A stretch of DNA of 43,557 nucleotides. Origin: Actinomycetota bacterium (GTDB lineage: Bacteria > Actinomycetota > Actinomycetes > S36-B12). Below are positions 1 through 9,437 of this stretch, piece by piece. Numbering within the stretch: position 1 is the stretch's first letter; each line of letters begins with the position of its first letter. The DNA lies in NCBI GenBank assembly GCA_046095085.1, contig JBJTIQ010000069.1, forward strand, positions 1 through 43,557. Reading direction: 5' to 3'. The position numbers and the translations under genes were made by a program. The notes below the pieces were generated by a model. The model was not told the origin of the DNA. It searched no databases and saw only the letters and a program-made list of their open reading frames with translations.

Positions 1-1440
1 GAGACCGTACGTCGCATCGCGCAGACCGCTGCCGAAGCGGGCGAGCGAGTAGCCGCCGAGCTCGGCGTCGCGGCCGTCGAGGAGACCGGCTTCGGTGTCG
101 CCGAGCACAAGAAGCTCAAGAACGTCGCCTGCTCGGTGGGCATCTGGAACACCTATCGCGATCACGACTACGTGTCGCCGGTCCTTCACCCCGACCGCGG
201 AATCGTCGAGGTGCCGCGCCCGGCGGGTGTGGTGATCGCGCTAACTCCATCGACCAATCCCGTGGCGACTGTCTTCTTCAAGATCATGCTCGCGCTGCTG
301 ACGCGCAACGCGATCATCATCTGCCCCCACCCCTTCGCCAAGCGGGTCTGCACCGAGGCCGCGTATGCGATGGCTGAGGCCGCTGTCGCCGCTGGCGCAC
401 CCGACGGCTGCATCCAGGTGGTCGAGGAGCCGTCGATTCCTCTCGTCAACGCCCTGATGACCGACGATCGGGTCGATGTCATCGTGGCCACCGGGGGCAC
501 CGCCATGGTGCGCGCCGCCTACCGCAGCGGCAACCCGGCGATAGGAGTCGGTCCCGGCAACGTGCCGGTGATGGTCGACGCCACCGCCGACGTCGCTGCC
601 GCGGCCCACCGCATCGTGGCGAGCAAGGCCTTCGACAACTCCATCCTGTGCACCAACGAGTCGGTGCTCATCGTCGAGGAAAAGGCCGCCGGGGCTCTCG
701 AAGCCGCACTGCGGCGCGAAGGCGCCTACGTCCTAGCCGGCGAGGAGATCGATGCCGTGAAGAGCGTGATCTTCGACGGCACCACCTTCAACACGGCATG
801 GGTCGGCAAGTCGGCCACGCAGATCGCCGAGGCTTCGGGCATCAAGGTGCCGGCCAACACGCGCATCCTCGTCGCACCCTTCCCGCTCGTCGTACCCGAG
901 GAGATGCTCTCCCACGAGAAGCTCTGCCCCGTGCTTGGCATGGTCGTCGTGCCGAGTGCCGCTCGCGGCATCGATGCGGCCCGTGCCGTGCTGCGCATCA
1001 GCGGAGCAGGGCACAGCGCCGCCATCCACAGCGAGGACGCCGCGACGATCATGGCTTTCGCCTCGGCCGTGCCGGTGTTGCGCGTCGCCGTCAACGTTGG
1101 CAACAGCCTCGGCAGCGCCGGTATCGAGACACATCTGGCCCCGACCATGACCATCGGCACCGGGTTCTTCGGTCGCTCATCGGTGGGAGAAAACCTCGAG
1201 CCGAAGCACCTGGTCAACATGACGCGGATCGCCTATCCCTCGGACGGCAGTTCAGCGATGCCCGACTTCAGTGCTCTGCAGCCCTGGCACGAACCCGCCG
1301 GGGCGGTTCCGCCGTATCCGATCGCCTCCAACATGGAAGGGGCCCCCGCCCTCGTGCGCGCCGACGACCCGCAGGACGAACTGCGCGACGAGATCCGCCG
1401 CATGGTCGTCGAAGAGCTCCGAGAGATCCTGCGGGGCTGA
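1..1440 (+). CDS. CoA-acylating aldehyde dehydrogenase, BMC-associated (PduP/EutE class), 5' partial
   Basis: Frame 1 is open from base 1 (ETVRRIAQTAAEAG... precedes the listed start at 136), so the N-terminus lies outside the window. ALTPSTNP, ATGG, GPGNVP and the catalytic-Cys context FDNSILCTNES fit PduP/EutE-type acylating AldDH. A Pro-rich linker is followed by a C-terminal amphipathic helix, DELRDEIRRMVVEELREILRG. Confidence 0.85.
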   Translation, partial: ETVRRIAQTAAEAGERVAAELGVAAVEETGFGVAEHKKLKNVACSVGIWNTYRDHDYVSPVLHPDRGIVEVPRPAGVVIALTPSTNPVATVFFKIMLALLTRNAIIICPHPFAKRVCTEAAYAMAEAAVAAGAPDGCIQVVEEPSIPLVNALMTDDRVDVIVATGGTAMVRAAYRSGNPAIGVGPGNVPVMVDATADVAAAAHRIVASKAFDNSILCTNESVLIVEEKAAGALEAALRREGAYVLAGEEIDAVKSVIFDGTTFNTAWVGKSATQIAEASGIKVPANTRILVAPFPLVVPEEMLSHEKLCPVLGMVVVPSAARGIDAARAVLRISGAGHSAAIHSEDAATIMAFASAVPVLRVAVNVGNSLGSAGIETHLAPTMTIGTGFFGRSSVGENLEPKHLVNMTRIAYPSDGSSAMPDFSALQPWHEPAGAVPPYPIASNMEGAPALVRADDPQDELRDEIRRMVVEELREILRG

Positions 1441-1441
1441 C

Positions 1442-2047
1442 ATGGCTGAACTTCGTTCCTTCATCTTCCTTGACCGCCTGCAACCGCAGACGATGTGCTA
1501 TCTGGGCACGTGGATCCGCGGGTCGCTGCCGCGAGCGGGTGTCGCGGCACAGATCATCGAGGTGGCTCCCGGCCTCGACATCGAGCCCCTGACCGATATC
1601 GCGCTCAAGCACGCCGACATTGGCGCGGGCATCCTCTTCGTCGAGCGCCAGTTCGGCTACCTCGAAGTGCACGGCCCCACGAGTTCGGTGCGTAGTGCTG
1701 CCGACGCTGTGCTCGAGCACCTCGGAGCCAGCGCATCGGATGCCACGGCCCCGCAGATCCTCGCCTCGCGCGTGGTCCCGAAGATCGACCGTCAGCACGC
1801 GTTCCTCATCAACCGCAACAAGCTCGGCTCGATGGCACTGCCGGGGCAGTCGCTCTTCGTGCTGGAAATGCAGCCCGCGAGCTATGCGATCCTCGCCACC
1901 AACGAGGCCGAGAAGGCCGCGCGCATCAACGTCGTGGACTACCGCATGGTGGGTGCCACGGGCCGCGTCTACCTAACCGGCACCGAGTCCGAGGTGCGAG
2001 CTGCCGCCGACGCAGCCGAGGGTGCCCTGCGGAGCGTGGTCTCATGA
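1442..2047 (+). CDS. BMC-T shell protein (tandem BMC domains), copy 1
   Basis: ATG at 1442 lies 1 nt after the AldDH stop. The 201-aa product is about twice the size of a single BMC domain. It is a paralogue of 2945..3604 and shares L(D)x[24 protein letters not shown] and GRVY-xG. The N-terminal ELRSFIFLDRLQPQ resembles CsoS1D/CcmP-type trimers. Confidence 0.85.
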   Translation: MAELRSFIFLDRLQPQTMCYLGTWIRGSLPRAGVAAQIIEVAPGLDIEPLTDIALKHADIGAGILFVERQFGYLEVHGPTSSVRSAADAVLEHLGASASDATAPQILASRVVPKIDRQHAFLINRNKLGSMALPGQSLFVLEMQPASYAILATNEAEKAARINVVDYRMVGATGRVYLTGTESEVRAAADAAEGALRSVVS

Positions 2048-2373
2048 CCTCCCCCGACATGCTGCGCGAGGTCATCCGCGAGGTCGTGCGCGACGTCATC
2101 CGCGAGGTCATCGCCGAGGAGATGGCAGCCGTTGCGCTCAGCCAGGCCTCCGGCACCAACCATGCTTCACCGCGGGCCACACAGCCCGCGCCGCGGGCTT
2201 CGGTGCCGACCGGCGTACTGCTGGACCGCGGAGCACTGACCGAGCGTCACGTGCGATCCGCGGGCGACGCCAAGTCGATAACCATCGGAAGCAAAGTCGT
2301 CATCACGCCCCTCGCCCGCGAACGTGCGCGGACGATGGGCATCGAGATCATCCGGGTCTCGGTCGAAGGGTAG
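2044..2373 (+). CDS. small BMC-locus protein with an N-terminal (REVI)x4 amphipathic helix; function unknown
   Basis: The start overlaps the upstream stop (ATGA at 2044-2047). Coding bias is good. The N-terminus is MTSPDMLREVIREVVRDVIREVIAEEM, followed by a Pro/Ala/Ser linker and a roughly 50-aa C-terminal module (VLLDRGALTERHV...VVITPLARERARTMGIEIIRV). It lies between shell genes. Confidence 0.6.
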   Translation: MTSPDMLREVIREVVRDVIREVIAEEMAAVALSQASGTNHASPRATQPAPRASVPTGVLLDRGALTERHVRSAGDAKSITIGSKVVITPLARERARTMGIEIIRVSVEG

Positions 2374-2381
2374 GAGAAGAC

Positions 2382-2630
2382 ATGCTGCGCGCACGCGTCA
2401 TTCAAAGCGTCTGGTCGACGAAGAAGGTCTCGTCGATCCCCAACGGCGCCTTCCTCGAGGTCGAGGTCGAACCCGGCGGTGCCCGTCTGGTCGCCTTCGA
2501 CGTGCTCGGATCCGGCGTCGGCGAGGCCGTGCTGGTAACGACCGGCTCGGTCGCGGCCGCATGGCTGCCCGGCGACGCACCCCCCATTGACGCGCTCATC
2601 ATCGGTTCGATCGATGAGGAGCGGAACTGA
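2382..2630 (+). CDS. BMC-P vertex pentamer protein (EutN/CcmL/PduN family)
   Basis: ATG at 2382 is preceded by AAGGGTAGGAG. The 82-aa product MLRARVIQSVWSTKK...LVAFDVLGSGVGEAVLVTTGS..IDALIIGSID is typical EutN/CcmL. The longer ORF from 2022 overlaps the preceding gene and is rejected. Confidence 0.9.
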   Translation: MLRARVIQSVWSTKKVSSIPNGAFLEVEVEPGGARLVAFDVLGSGVGEAVLVTTGSVAAAWLPGDAPPIDALIIGSIDEERN

Positions 2631-2666
2631 GCGGACCACCGCTCGGCAACCACGAAAGGAAACACC

Positions 2667-2948
2667 ATGTCCAACAACGCGATCGGCATGATCGAGACCA
2701 AGGGTTACGTGGCTGCGCTTGCTGCCGCCGATGCCATGGTCAAGGCAGCCAACGTGACCATCGTCAGCCGCGAGCAGGTCGGCGACGGACTCGTCGCCGT
2801 GACCATCCAGGGCGATGTCGGCGCCGTGAAGGCTGCGACCGACGCTGGTTCCGAGGCTGCTAGCCAGGTGGGCGAGCTCATCAGCGTCCACGTGATTCCG
2901 CGGCCGCACCAGGAGCTGTCGAAGAACTTCGGGGTATCGGCGAAGTGA
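2667..2948 (+). CDS. BMC-H hexamer shell protein (PduA/EutM type)
   Basis: [30 protein letters not shown]...[13 protein letters not shown]...[10 protein letters not shown] is the canonical single BMC domain. An RBS (GAAAGGAAA) lies upstream. Confidence 0.95.
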   Translation: MSNNAIGMIETKGYVAALAAADAMVKAANVTIVSREQVGDGLVAVTIQGDVGAVKAATDAGSEAASQVGELISVHVIPRPHQELSKNFGVSAK

Positions 2949-3604
2949 GCCAGGGCGGACTTCCCGCCTCGGCCGCACCGGAACTCCGGGTCTACCTGCA
3001 GCTGCTCGATCTCCAGCCGCAGTTCGCGGCGTATCTCGGTACGCCGACGCGCGCTCGCGGCTACCCGCCCTATGCGGGCCAGCACGCCCTCATCGTCGAG
3101 GTCGCGCCAGGACTGGCGATCGAGCGAGTGACGGATCTCGCGCTCCGGCAGGTGCCCGAGGCCGAACTGGGCATCCTCTTCGTCGAGAGGCAGTTCGGCG
3201 TGCTCGAGGTGCATGCGGATTCACGTGAGCACGTCGAGGCAGCCGGAGCAGCGATCCTCGCCGGCCTGGGCGCGCGACCCGAGGATCAACTCAGGCCGCA
3301 GGTGCTCTTCCATGACGTCATCCACGACATCACCGACCAGCACGCGGTGATCCTCAACCGCGTGCGTCAGGCCTCGATGGTGCTGCCCGGGCACAGCCTG
3401 CTGGTCTTCGAGATGACACCGGCGCTCTTTGCTGCCGTAGCAGCCAACGAGGCGGAGAAGGCGGCGCCCGACATCACCCTGGTCGACGTCCAGATGATCG
3501 GCGCAGCCGGACGGGTCTACATGGCCGGCAATCCCGAGTCGGTCGAGCGCGCACGCGAGGCCATCGGGGCAGCCCTTGCTGCGGTGGCGGGCCGGGATCA
3601 GTAG
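2945..3604 (+). CDS. BMC-T shell protein (tandem BMC domains), copy 2
   Basis: The GTG start overlaps the BMC-H stop (GTGA). The 219-aa product is a paralogue of 1442..2047 and shares the same motif set. Confidence 0.85.
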   Translation: MSQGGLPASAAPELRVYLQLLDLQPQFAAYLGTPTRARGYPPYAGQHALIVEVAPGLAIERVTDLALRQVPEAELGILFVERQFGVLEVHADSREHVEAAGAAILAGLGARPEDQLRPQVLFHDVIHDITDQHAVILNRVRQASMVLPGHSLLVFEMTPALFAAVAANEAEKAAPDITLVDVQMIGAAGRVYMAGNPESVERAREAIGAALAAVAGRDQ

Positions 3605-3627
3605 CGTCTGAGCCCGGAGGGAGCACC

Positions 3628-4605
3628 GTGACCGATCCCGTGGCCTCATTCGAGGAGTTCGCCTACGCCGCACTGCCGGCGTACGGGCTCACCGATGCCA
3701 CGCGGCTCACGCTGCTGAACGTCTCCGAAAACGGCACCTTCCTGGTCGAGGACCCCGAGCAGGGTCGCTCGGTCCTGCGCATTCATCGCACCGGCTACCA
3801 CTCCCGCGAGGCCATCCTCAGCGAGTTGGCGTGGATCGATGCGCTAAGAGCCCAGCAGATTGTCGACACCCCCGCGTTCATGCCCACTCTCGACGGAGAA
3901 CTTGTCGCGACTGCTCGCACAGCCGACGGTCGTGAGCGCTATGCCGTGCGATTCGCGTGGGTCGACGGGGTCGAACCCACCGAAGACCGTCTCGCGCAGG
4001 ACTTCGAGGAGCTTGGCTCGATCACCGCACGCCTCCACCTGCATGCCAAGTCATGGCAAAGGCCAGCGACGTTTACCCGTTTCGTGTGGGACTACGACAC
4101 TGCGCTGGGACCCAACGGGCACTGGGGGCGGTGGCAGGACGGCCTTGGCGTGGGTCCATCAGAGATCGACATCCTCGGCCGATGCGCCGATCTGATGCGC
4201 CAGCGCCTCGATGCCTACGGCAAGGGCCAGGATCGCTTCGGCCTGGTGCACGCCGACATGCGCCTTGCCAACCTGCTGGTCAACGGACCCCGCGTCAACG
4301 TCATCGACTTCGACGACTCGGGCCTGACTTGGTACATGTACGACCTGGGATCGTCGCTGTCCTTCATCGAGCACGAGCCCTACGTGCCCGAACTCGTCGA
4401 CGCCTGGATTCGCGGCTACCGGCGGACGACCGATCTGGACCCCGCCGACGAGGCCGAGCTCCCGACCTTCATCATGTTTCGACGTCTGCTGCTCGTGGCT
4501 TGGATCGGCTCGCACGCCGAGACCGAGACCGCCCAGCAGATGGGCCCGGAGTACGCCGTCACCAGCTGTCGTCTCGCCGACGACTACCTCACCAGGATGA
4601 GCTAG
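3628..4605 (+). CDS. APH-fold small-molecule kinase, probable (S)-1-amino-2-propanol kinase of RMM loci
   Basis: GTG start after GGAGGGA. Catalytic loop [13 protein letters not shown] and metal-binding IDFDDSG match the aminoglycoside/choline-kinase fold. The position next to shell genes matches the RMM locus layout. Confidence 0.75.
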   Translation: MTDPVASFEEFAYAALPAYGLTDATRLTLLNVSENGTFLVEDPEQGRSVLRIHRTGYHSREAILSELAWIDALRAQQIVDTPAFMPTLDGELVATARTADGRERYAVRFAWVDGVEPTEDRLAQDFEELGSITARLHLHAKSWQRPATFTRFVWDYDTALGPNGHWGRWQDGLGVGPSEIDILGRCADLMRQRLDAYGKGQDRFGLVHADMRLANLLVNGPRVNVIDFDDSGLTWYMYDLGSSLSFIEHEPYVPELVDAWIRGYRRTTDLDPADEAELPTFIMFRRLLLVAWIGSHAETETAQQMGPEYAVTSCRLADDYLTRMS

Positions 4606-4613
4606 GAGGATCC

Positions 4614-5396
4614 ATGTTCACGTCGATTGCCGGCCGCTCGGCCATCGTGACCGGTGCCACGAAGGGCATCGGCAAGGGCATCGCACGCGTGCTGGTGTCT
4701 GCCGGCGCCAATGTGCTCATCACCGGACGCAACGAAGACGACGCCAAGGCCACGGTCGCCGAGCTGTCGGACCTCGGTGGAGGCACCGTCGCATACTCTC
4801 TCGGAGACGTCGCTGACGCGTCAGCCTGCGCCCGCATGGTCGAAGCCGCACTTAGCGCACACGGTGGCCTCGACATCCTTTGCGCCAATGCGGGGATATT
4901 CCCCGATGCCAAGCTCACGTCGATGTCGGAGGCCGACATGGACCGAGTCCTGGACACCAACATCAAGGGCACACTGCTCAGCGTGCAGGCGTGCATTCCC
5001 GAACTCGCCAAGAGTGGCCGGGGCCGCGTGATCCTGACGTCTTCGATTACCGGACCCATCACCGGATTCCCCGGCTGGTCCCACTACGGCGCGAGCAAGG
5101 CTGCCCAACTCGGATTCATGCGGACCGCGGCCATCGAGCTCGCGCCGATGGGCATCACGGTCAACGCCGTGCTGCCGGGCAATGTGATCACGGAGGGGCT
5201 GGAGGACCTCGGCGCGGAATACCTGAAGGCCATGGAGATGTCCATCCCACAGCGGCGCCTCGGCAGCGTCGCCGATATCGGCAATGCCGCGCTGTTCTTT
5301 GCCACCGACGAGGCCGCATACATCACCGGTCAGGCACTCGTCATCGATGGCGGCCAGATCCTTCCGGAGTCTTTGGCTGCGCTCGAGGCCATGTAG
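4614..5396 (+). CDS. short-chain dehydrogenase/reductase, probable aminopropanol/aminoacetone dehydrogenase
   Basis: ATG at 4614 after [17 protein letters not shown] cofactor motif and YGASKAA (YxxxK). The upstream part of ORF 3957..5396 overlaps the kinase and is rejected. Confidence 0.85.
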   Translation: MFTSIAGRSAIVTGATKGIGKGIARVLVSAGANVLITGRNEDDAKATVAELSDLGGGTVAYSLGDVADASACARMVEAALSAHGGLDILCANAGIFPDAKLTSMSEADMDRVLDTNIKGTLLSVQACIPELAKSGRGRVILTSSITGPITGFPGWSHYGASKAAQLGFMRTAAIELAPMGITVNAVLPGNVITEGLEDLGAEYLKAMEMSIPQRRLGSVADIGNAALFFATDEAAYITGQALVIDGGQILPESLAALEAM

Positions 5397-6193
5397 TGGC
5401 CGAAGCTGCCGCGTCGGGCATGGGCGCCACCGCCGAGGGCGTGCGCCAGCGCCTCATGGCCATGGTCGAGCGCGGGGCTCTCAAGCCCGGCGAGCGCCTG
5501 GGCGCTGAGCGCGACCTCGCCGAGCAACTCGGTGTCAGTCGTTCGACGCTTCGACAGGCGCTGGGGTCGCTCGAGGCTTCCGGCGTTGTCCGCCGCGTGC
5601 CTGGCCGCAGCGGTGGCACCTTCATCGCGCCAGGCAAGGTAGACCGCGACCTGTCCCGCATCGTCGGCGTGCCAACACTGCTGCGCGATCAGGGCTTCAC
5701 GGCAGGGTCGCGCGTGGTGAGTGTCGCCGTGATGCCCGCTGGCCCCGAGGCTGCCGATGCCCTCGGTCTAGATGCGAATGACTTCGTCGTCGACCTCGTG
5801 CGGATTCGACTGGCCGACGGATCCCCCATCTCGCTGGAACACGCCCGCTTCCCCGCCGATCTCGTGCCCGGCCTGCCCGAGCGCGACCTGAGCGGGTCAA
5901 TCTATGAACTCATCGACGACGCCTACGGGCTTCGCCCCGACACGGCGACCGAGACAATGGAGGTCGTCGGAGCGGCACCCCTCGAGGCATCCATTCTCGG
6001 CGTGGAGGTCGGCTCACCATTGCTCTCCATCACTCGCACAACGCAGGACGCCAGTGGTCGTCTCTTCGAATTCTCGCGCGACCTCTTCAGATCCGATCGC
6101 ACACGCATCAGCGTGCGAGTGCAAGGAGCGCCGTCCTCGGAGAGTGCCCGACTTCGCGGTCGTCGGGTCGAGCTCGTGCCCCCGCCCGACTAA
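5396..6193 (+). CDS. GntR/HutC-family transcriptional regulator (wHTH plus UTRA domain)
   Basis: GTG at 5396 shares one base with the SDR stop codon; ATG at 5420 is an alternative start. wHTH region LGAERDLAEQLGVSRSTLRQAL, followed by a UTRA-like C-terminal part. Confidence 0.8.
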   Translation: MAEAAASGMGATAEGVRQRLMAMVERGALKPGERLGAERDLAEQLGVSRSTLRQALGSLEASGVVRRVPGRSGGTFIAPGKVDRDLSRIVGVPTLLRDQGFTAGSRVVSVAVMPAGPEAADALGLDANDFVVDLVRIRLADGSPISLEHARFPADLVPGLPERDLSGSIYELIDDAYGLRPDTATETMEVVGAAPLEASILGVEVGSPLLSITRTTQDASGRLFEFSRDLFRSDRTRISVRVQGAPSSESARLRGRRVELVPPPD

Positions 6194-6663
6194 TCTGCGC
6201 GGCGGCGCTCGAAGAATTCGCGCACCACGCTCCCGCACTCTTCTGCCAGTACGCCGCCAACCACCTCCGGGCGGTGACTCAGACGGCGGTCGCGCAGGAG
6301 ATCCCACGACGAGCCCGCCGCGCCGTAGTCCTCGTTCCAGGCTCCGAACACCACGCGGTCCACGCGTGCGAGGTGGGCCGCGCCCGCGCACATCGGGCAC
6401 GGCTCGAGGGTGACGACAAGGGTGCAACCTGCGAGATCCCGGTCACCGCGCGCTGCCGCAGCTTCGCGCAGCACGACGACTTCGGCGTGCGCTGTGGGAT
6501 CAGACAGAGCCTCACGACGATTGCCCGAAGCCGCAAGCACGCGTCCTGCGTCATCGATGAGAAGGGCGCCTACGGGTACGTCCGCGTCTCTGGCGAGTAG
6601 TGATTGCCGGGCCAGGGAAAGCGCCTCGCGCATCGCCGCCTCATCGGCCGGCCGGAACTCCAC
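6190..6663 (-). CDS. tadA: tRNA-specific adenosine deaminase
   Basis: CDA zinc motifs HAEVVVL and PCPMCAGA. The 157-aa length is typical of TadA. Confidence 0.9.
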   Translation of the reverse strand: MEFRPADEAAMREALSLARQSLLARDADVPVGALLIDDAGRVLAASGNRREALSDPTAHAEVVVLREAAAARGDRDLAGCTLVVTLEPCPMCAGAAHLARVDRVVFGAWNEDYGAAGSSWDLLRDRRLSHRPEVVGGVLAEECGSVVREFFERRRAD

Positions 6664-6669
6664 GCCCGG

Positions 6670-7164
6670 TCAGTCCTTGTCGAGGGACTCGAGCACGGTC
6701 GACAGCAGCTCACCGAAGCCGATGCGGGTGGCGATGCTGGTCACCTGCTCATCGGGGTAGAGATCAGGATCGCCGAGGATGAGTTCCATCTCGTCGACGG
6801 TCACGCCGAGGTCGGCGAACAGCGTCGTATCACCCGCCGGTTCGAGTTCGTCTATCTCCTCCTCGTCATCGGGCAGGTCGACCTCGATGAGATCGGCAGC
6901 CTCTTCGGCAATCGGCCACTCGTAGGCCGCATTGAGGTCGGAGAGCACCAGTCGCGTGGCACCATCGGGAGTAACGCGGACGGCGATGAAGAACTCCTCA
7001 TCGACGGCAAGGAATCCGAGGGCACCTCCCTCGGCCGTGAGTTGTCGCAGGGCCGCGGTGAAAGAATTGAGCGACGTCGTGGCCCGAGGAGGCAGAGCGG
7101 ATACCGACCAGCGGCCATCCTCCTGCCACGCGGCGACAGCGAAGTCGACCTCATCGTCTGCCAC
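6670..7164 (-). CDS. tRNA adenosine deaminase-associated protein (actinobacterial, acidic)
   Basis: GTG at 7164 is preceded by GGAGGAGG. The gene ends 6 nt upstream of tadA. The product (164 aa) has an acidic C-terminal half ([14 protein letters not shown]). The longer ORF extending to 7647 overlaps upp antisense and is rejected. Confidence 0.65.
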   Translation of the reverse strand: MADDEVDFAVAAWQEDGRWSVSALPPRATTSLNSFTAALRQLTAEGGALGFLAVDEEFFIAVRVTPDGATRLVLSDLNAAYEWPIAEEAADLIEVDLPDDEEEIDELEPAGDTTLFADLGVTVDEMELILGDPDLYPDEQVTSIATRIGFGELLSTVLESLDKD

Positions 7165-7290
7165 GTCGCACCTCCTCCACACTCCCTCGACGGCATCGTG
7201 GCACGACAACCCGTCTCGTGTGTCGAGTTCGACCCAGGTTGTCGAACGAGGCCGGTGCGGACGGTCCGCCTCGCCCGATACGCTGCGCCC

Positions 7291-7929
7291 GTGCGAACAG
7301 TCGTCGTCCAGCATCCCCTGGTGGCCCACAAGCTGACCACCCTGCGTGATGAGACCACAGACTCGGCGACCTTCCGCCTGCTCGTGGAGGAACTCGTCAT
7401 CCTCCTGGCCTACGAGGCCACCCACCAACTGCGCACGACCCCGGTCACGATCATGACGCCGGTCGCCGAGACAACCGGCGTTCACCTGGCGCGTCCTCGC
7501 CCCCTCGTGGTGCCGATCCTGCGCGCCGGACTCGGGATGCTCGAGGGGATGATGCGACTCATGCCGACCGCCGAGGTCGGCTTCCTCGGCATGGTGCGTG
7601 ATGAGACCTCGCTCATCGCATCGACGTACGCCGACCGAATCCCCCACGACCTCAGCGGGCGTCAGGTGTTCGTGCTGGACCCCATGCTCGCGACCGGCGG
7701 CACCCTCGTCGCCGCCATCGATCTACTGCTGGACCGTGGCGCGAGCGACGTCACCGCGATCACGCTGCTGACGGCACCCGAAGGCCTGCGCCGCGTCGAG
7801 GAGACCTACGCGGGGCGCCCGGTCGATGTCACCGTGGTCACCGCCGGCCTCGACCTTCAGCTCAACGAGAAGGGCTACATCGTGCCAGGCCTGGGCGATG
7901 CCGGCGACCGCCTCTACGGCGTCGTCTAA
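7291..7929 (+). CDS. upp: uracil phosphoribosyltransferase
   Basis: GTG at 7291. [24 protein letters not shown] and the PRPP motif [11 protein letters not shown]; C-terminal [15 protein letters not shown]. Confidence 0.9.
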   Translation: MRTVVVQHPLVAHKLTTLRDETTDSATFRLLVEELVILLAYEATHQLRTTPVTIMTPVAETTGVHLARPRPLVVPILRAGLGMLEGMMRLMPTAEVGFLGMVRDETSLIASTYADRIPHDLSGRQVFVLDPMLATGGTLVAAIDLLLDRGASDVTAITLLTAPEGLRRVEETYAGRPVDVTVVTAGLDLQLNEKGYIVPGLGDAGDRLYGVV

Positions 7930-7930
7930 C

Positions 7931-8050
7931 CCCTACCCCGCCCCAGCGTTTCTCCCACTTTGTGGGACAAGCGGTCGATATTGGGCCTCTGACCTCCCCA
8001 AACGCACCGGCTCTCCCACTTTATGGGACAAACGGCGGAAGGGGTGGGGG
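7931..8050. repeat. composite palindromic intergenic repeat, copy A
   Basis: A C-rich left end and a G-rich right end flank two 17-bp palindromes: CTCCCAC-TTT-GTGGGAC (7952-7968) and CTCCCAC-TTT-ATGGGAC (8013-8029), 61 bp centre to centre. A GGTCGATAT box follows the first. It aligns in the same orientation with 22731..22850. Confidence 0.65.
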
Positions 8051-8060
8051 TCGTCGAGCG

Positions 8061-9436
<1,376 letters not shown>

Positions 9437-9437
<1 letters not shown>

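Noticed and set aside
7165-7290. A possible PyrR-type attenuator or riboswitch in the 126-bp region upstream of upp
   Set aside because: Only a 7-bp hairpin (GTTCGAC-CCAGGTT-GTCGAAC) is visible. There are no alternative terminator/antiterminator structures and no recognisable conserved riboswitch core. The region is more simply the divergent promoter region.
7931-8050. Possibility that the repeated GTCCCAC...GTGGGAC units form a CRISPR array
   Set aside because: There are only two palindromes per locus, the intervening sequence is conserved between the two loci (so it is not unique spacers), there is no regular array of three or more units, and no cas genes are present in the window.
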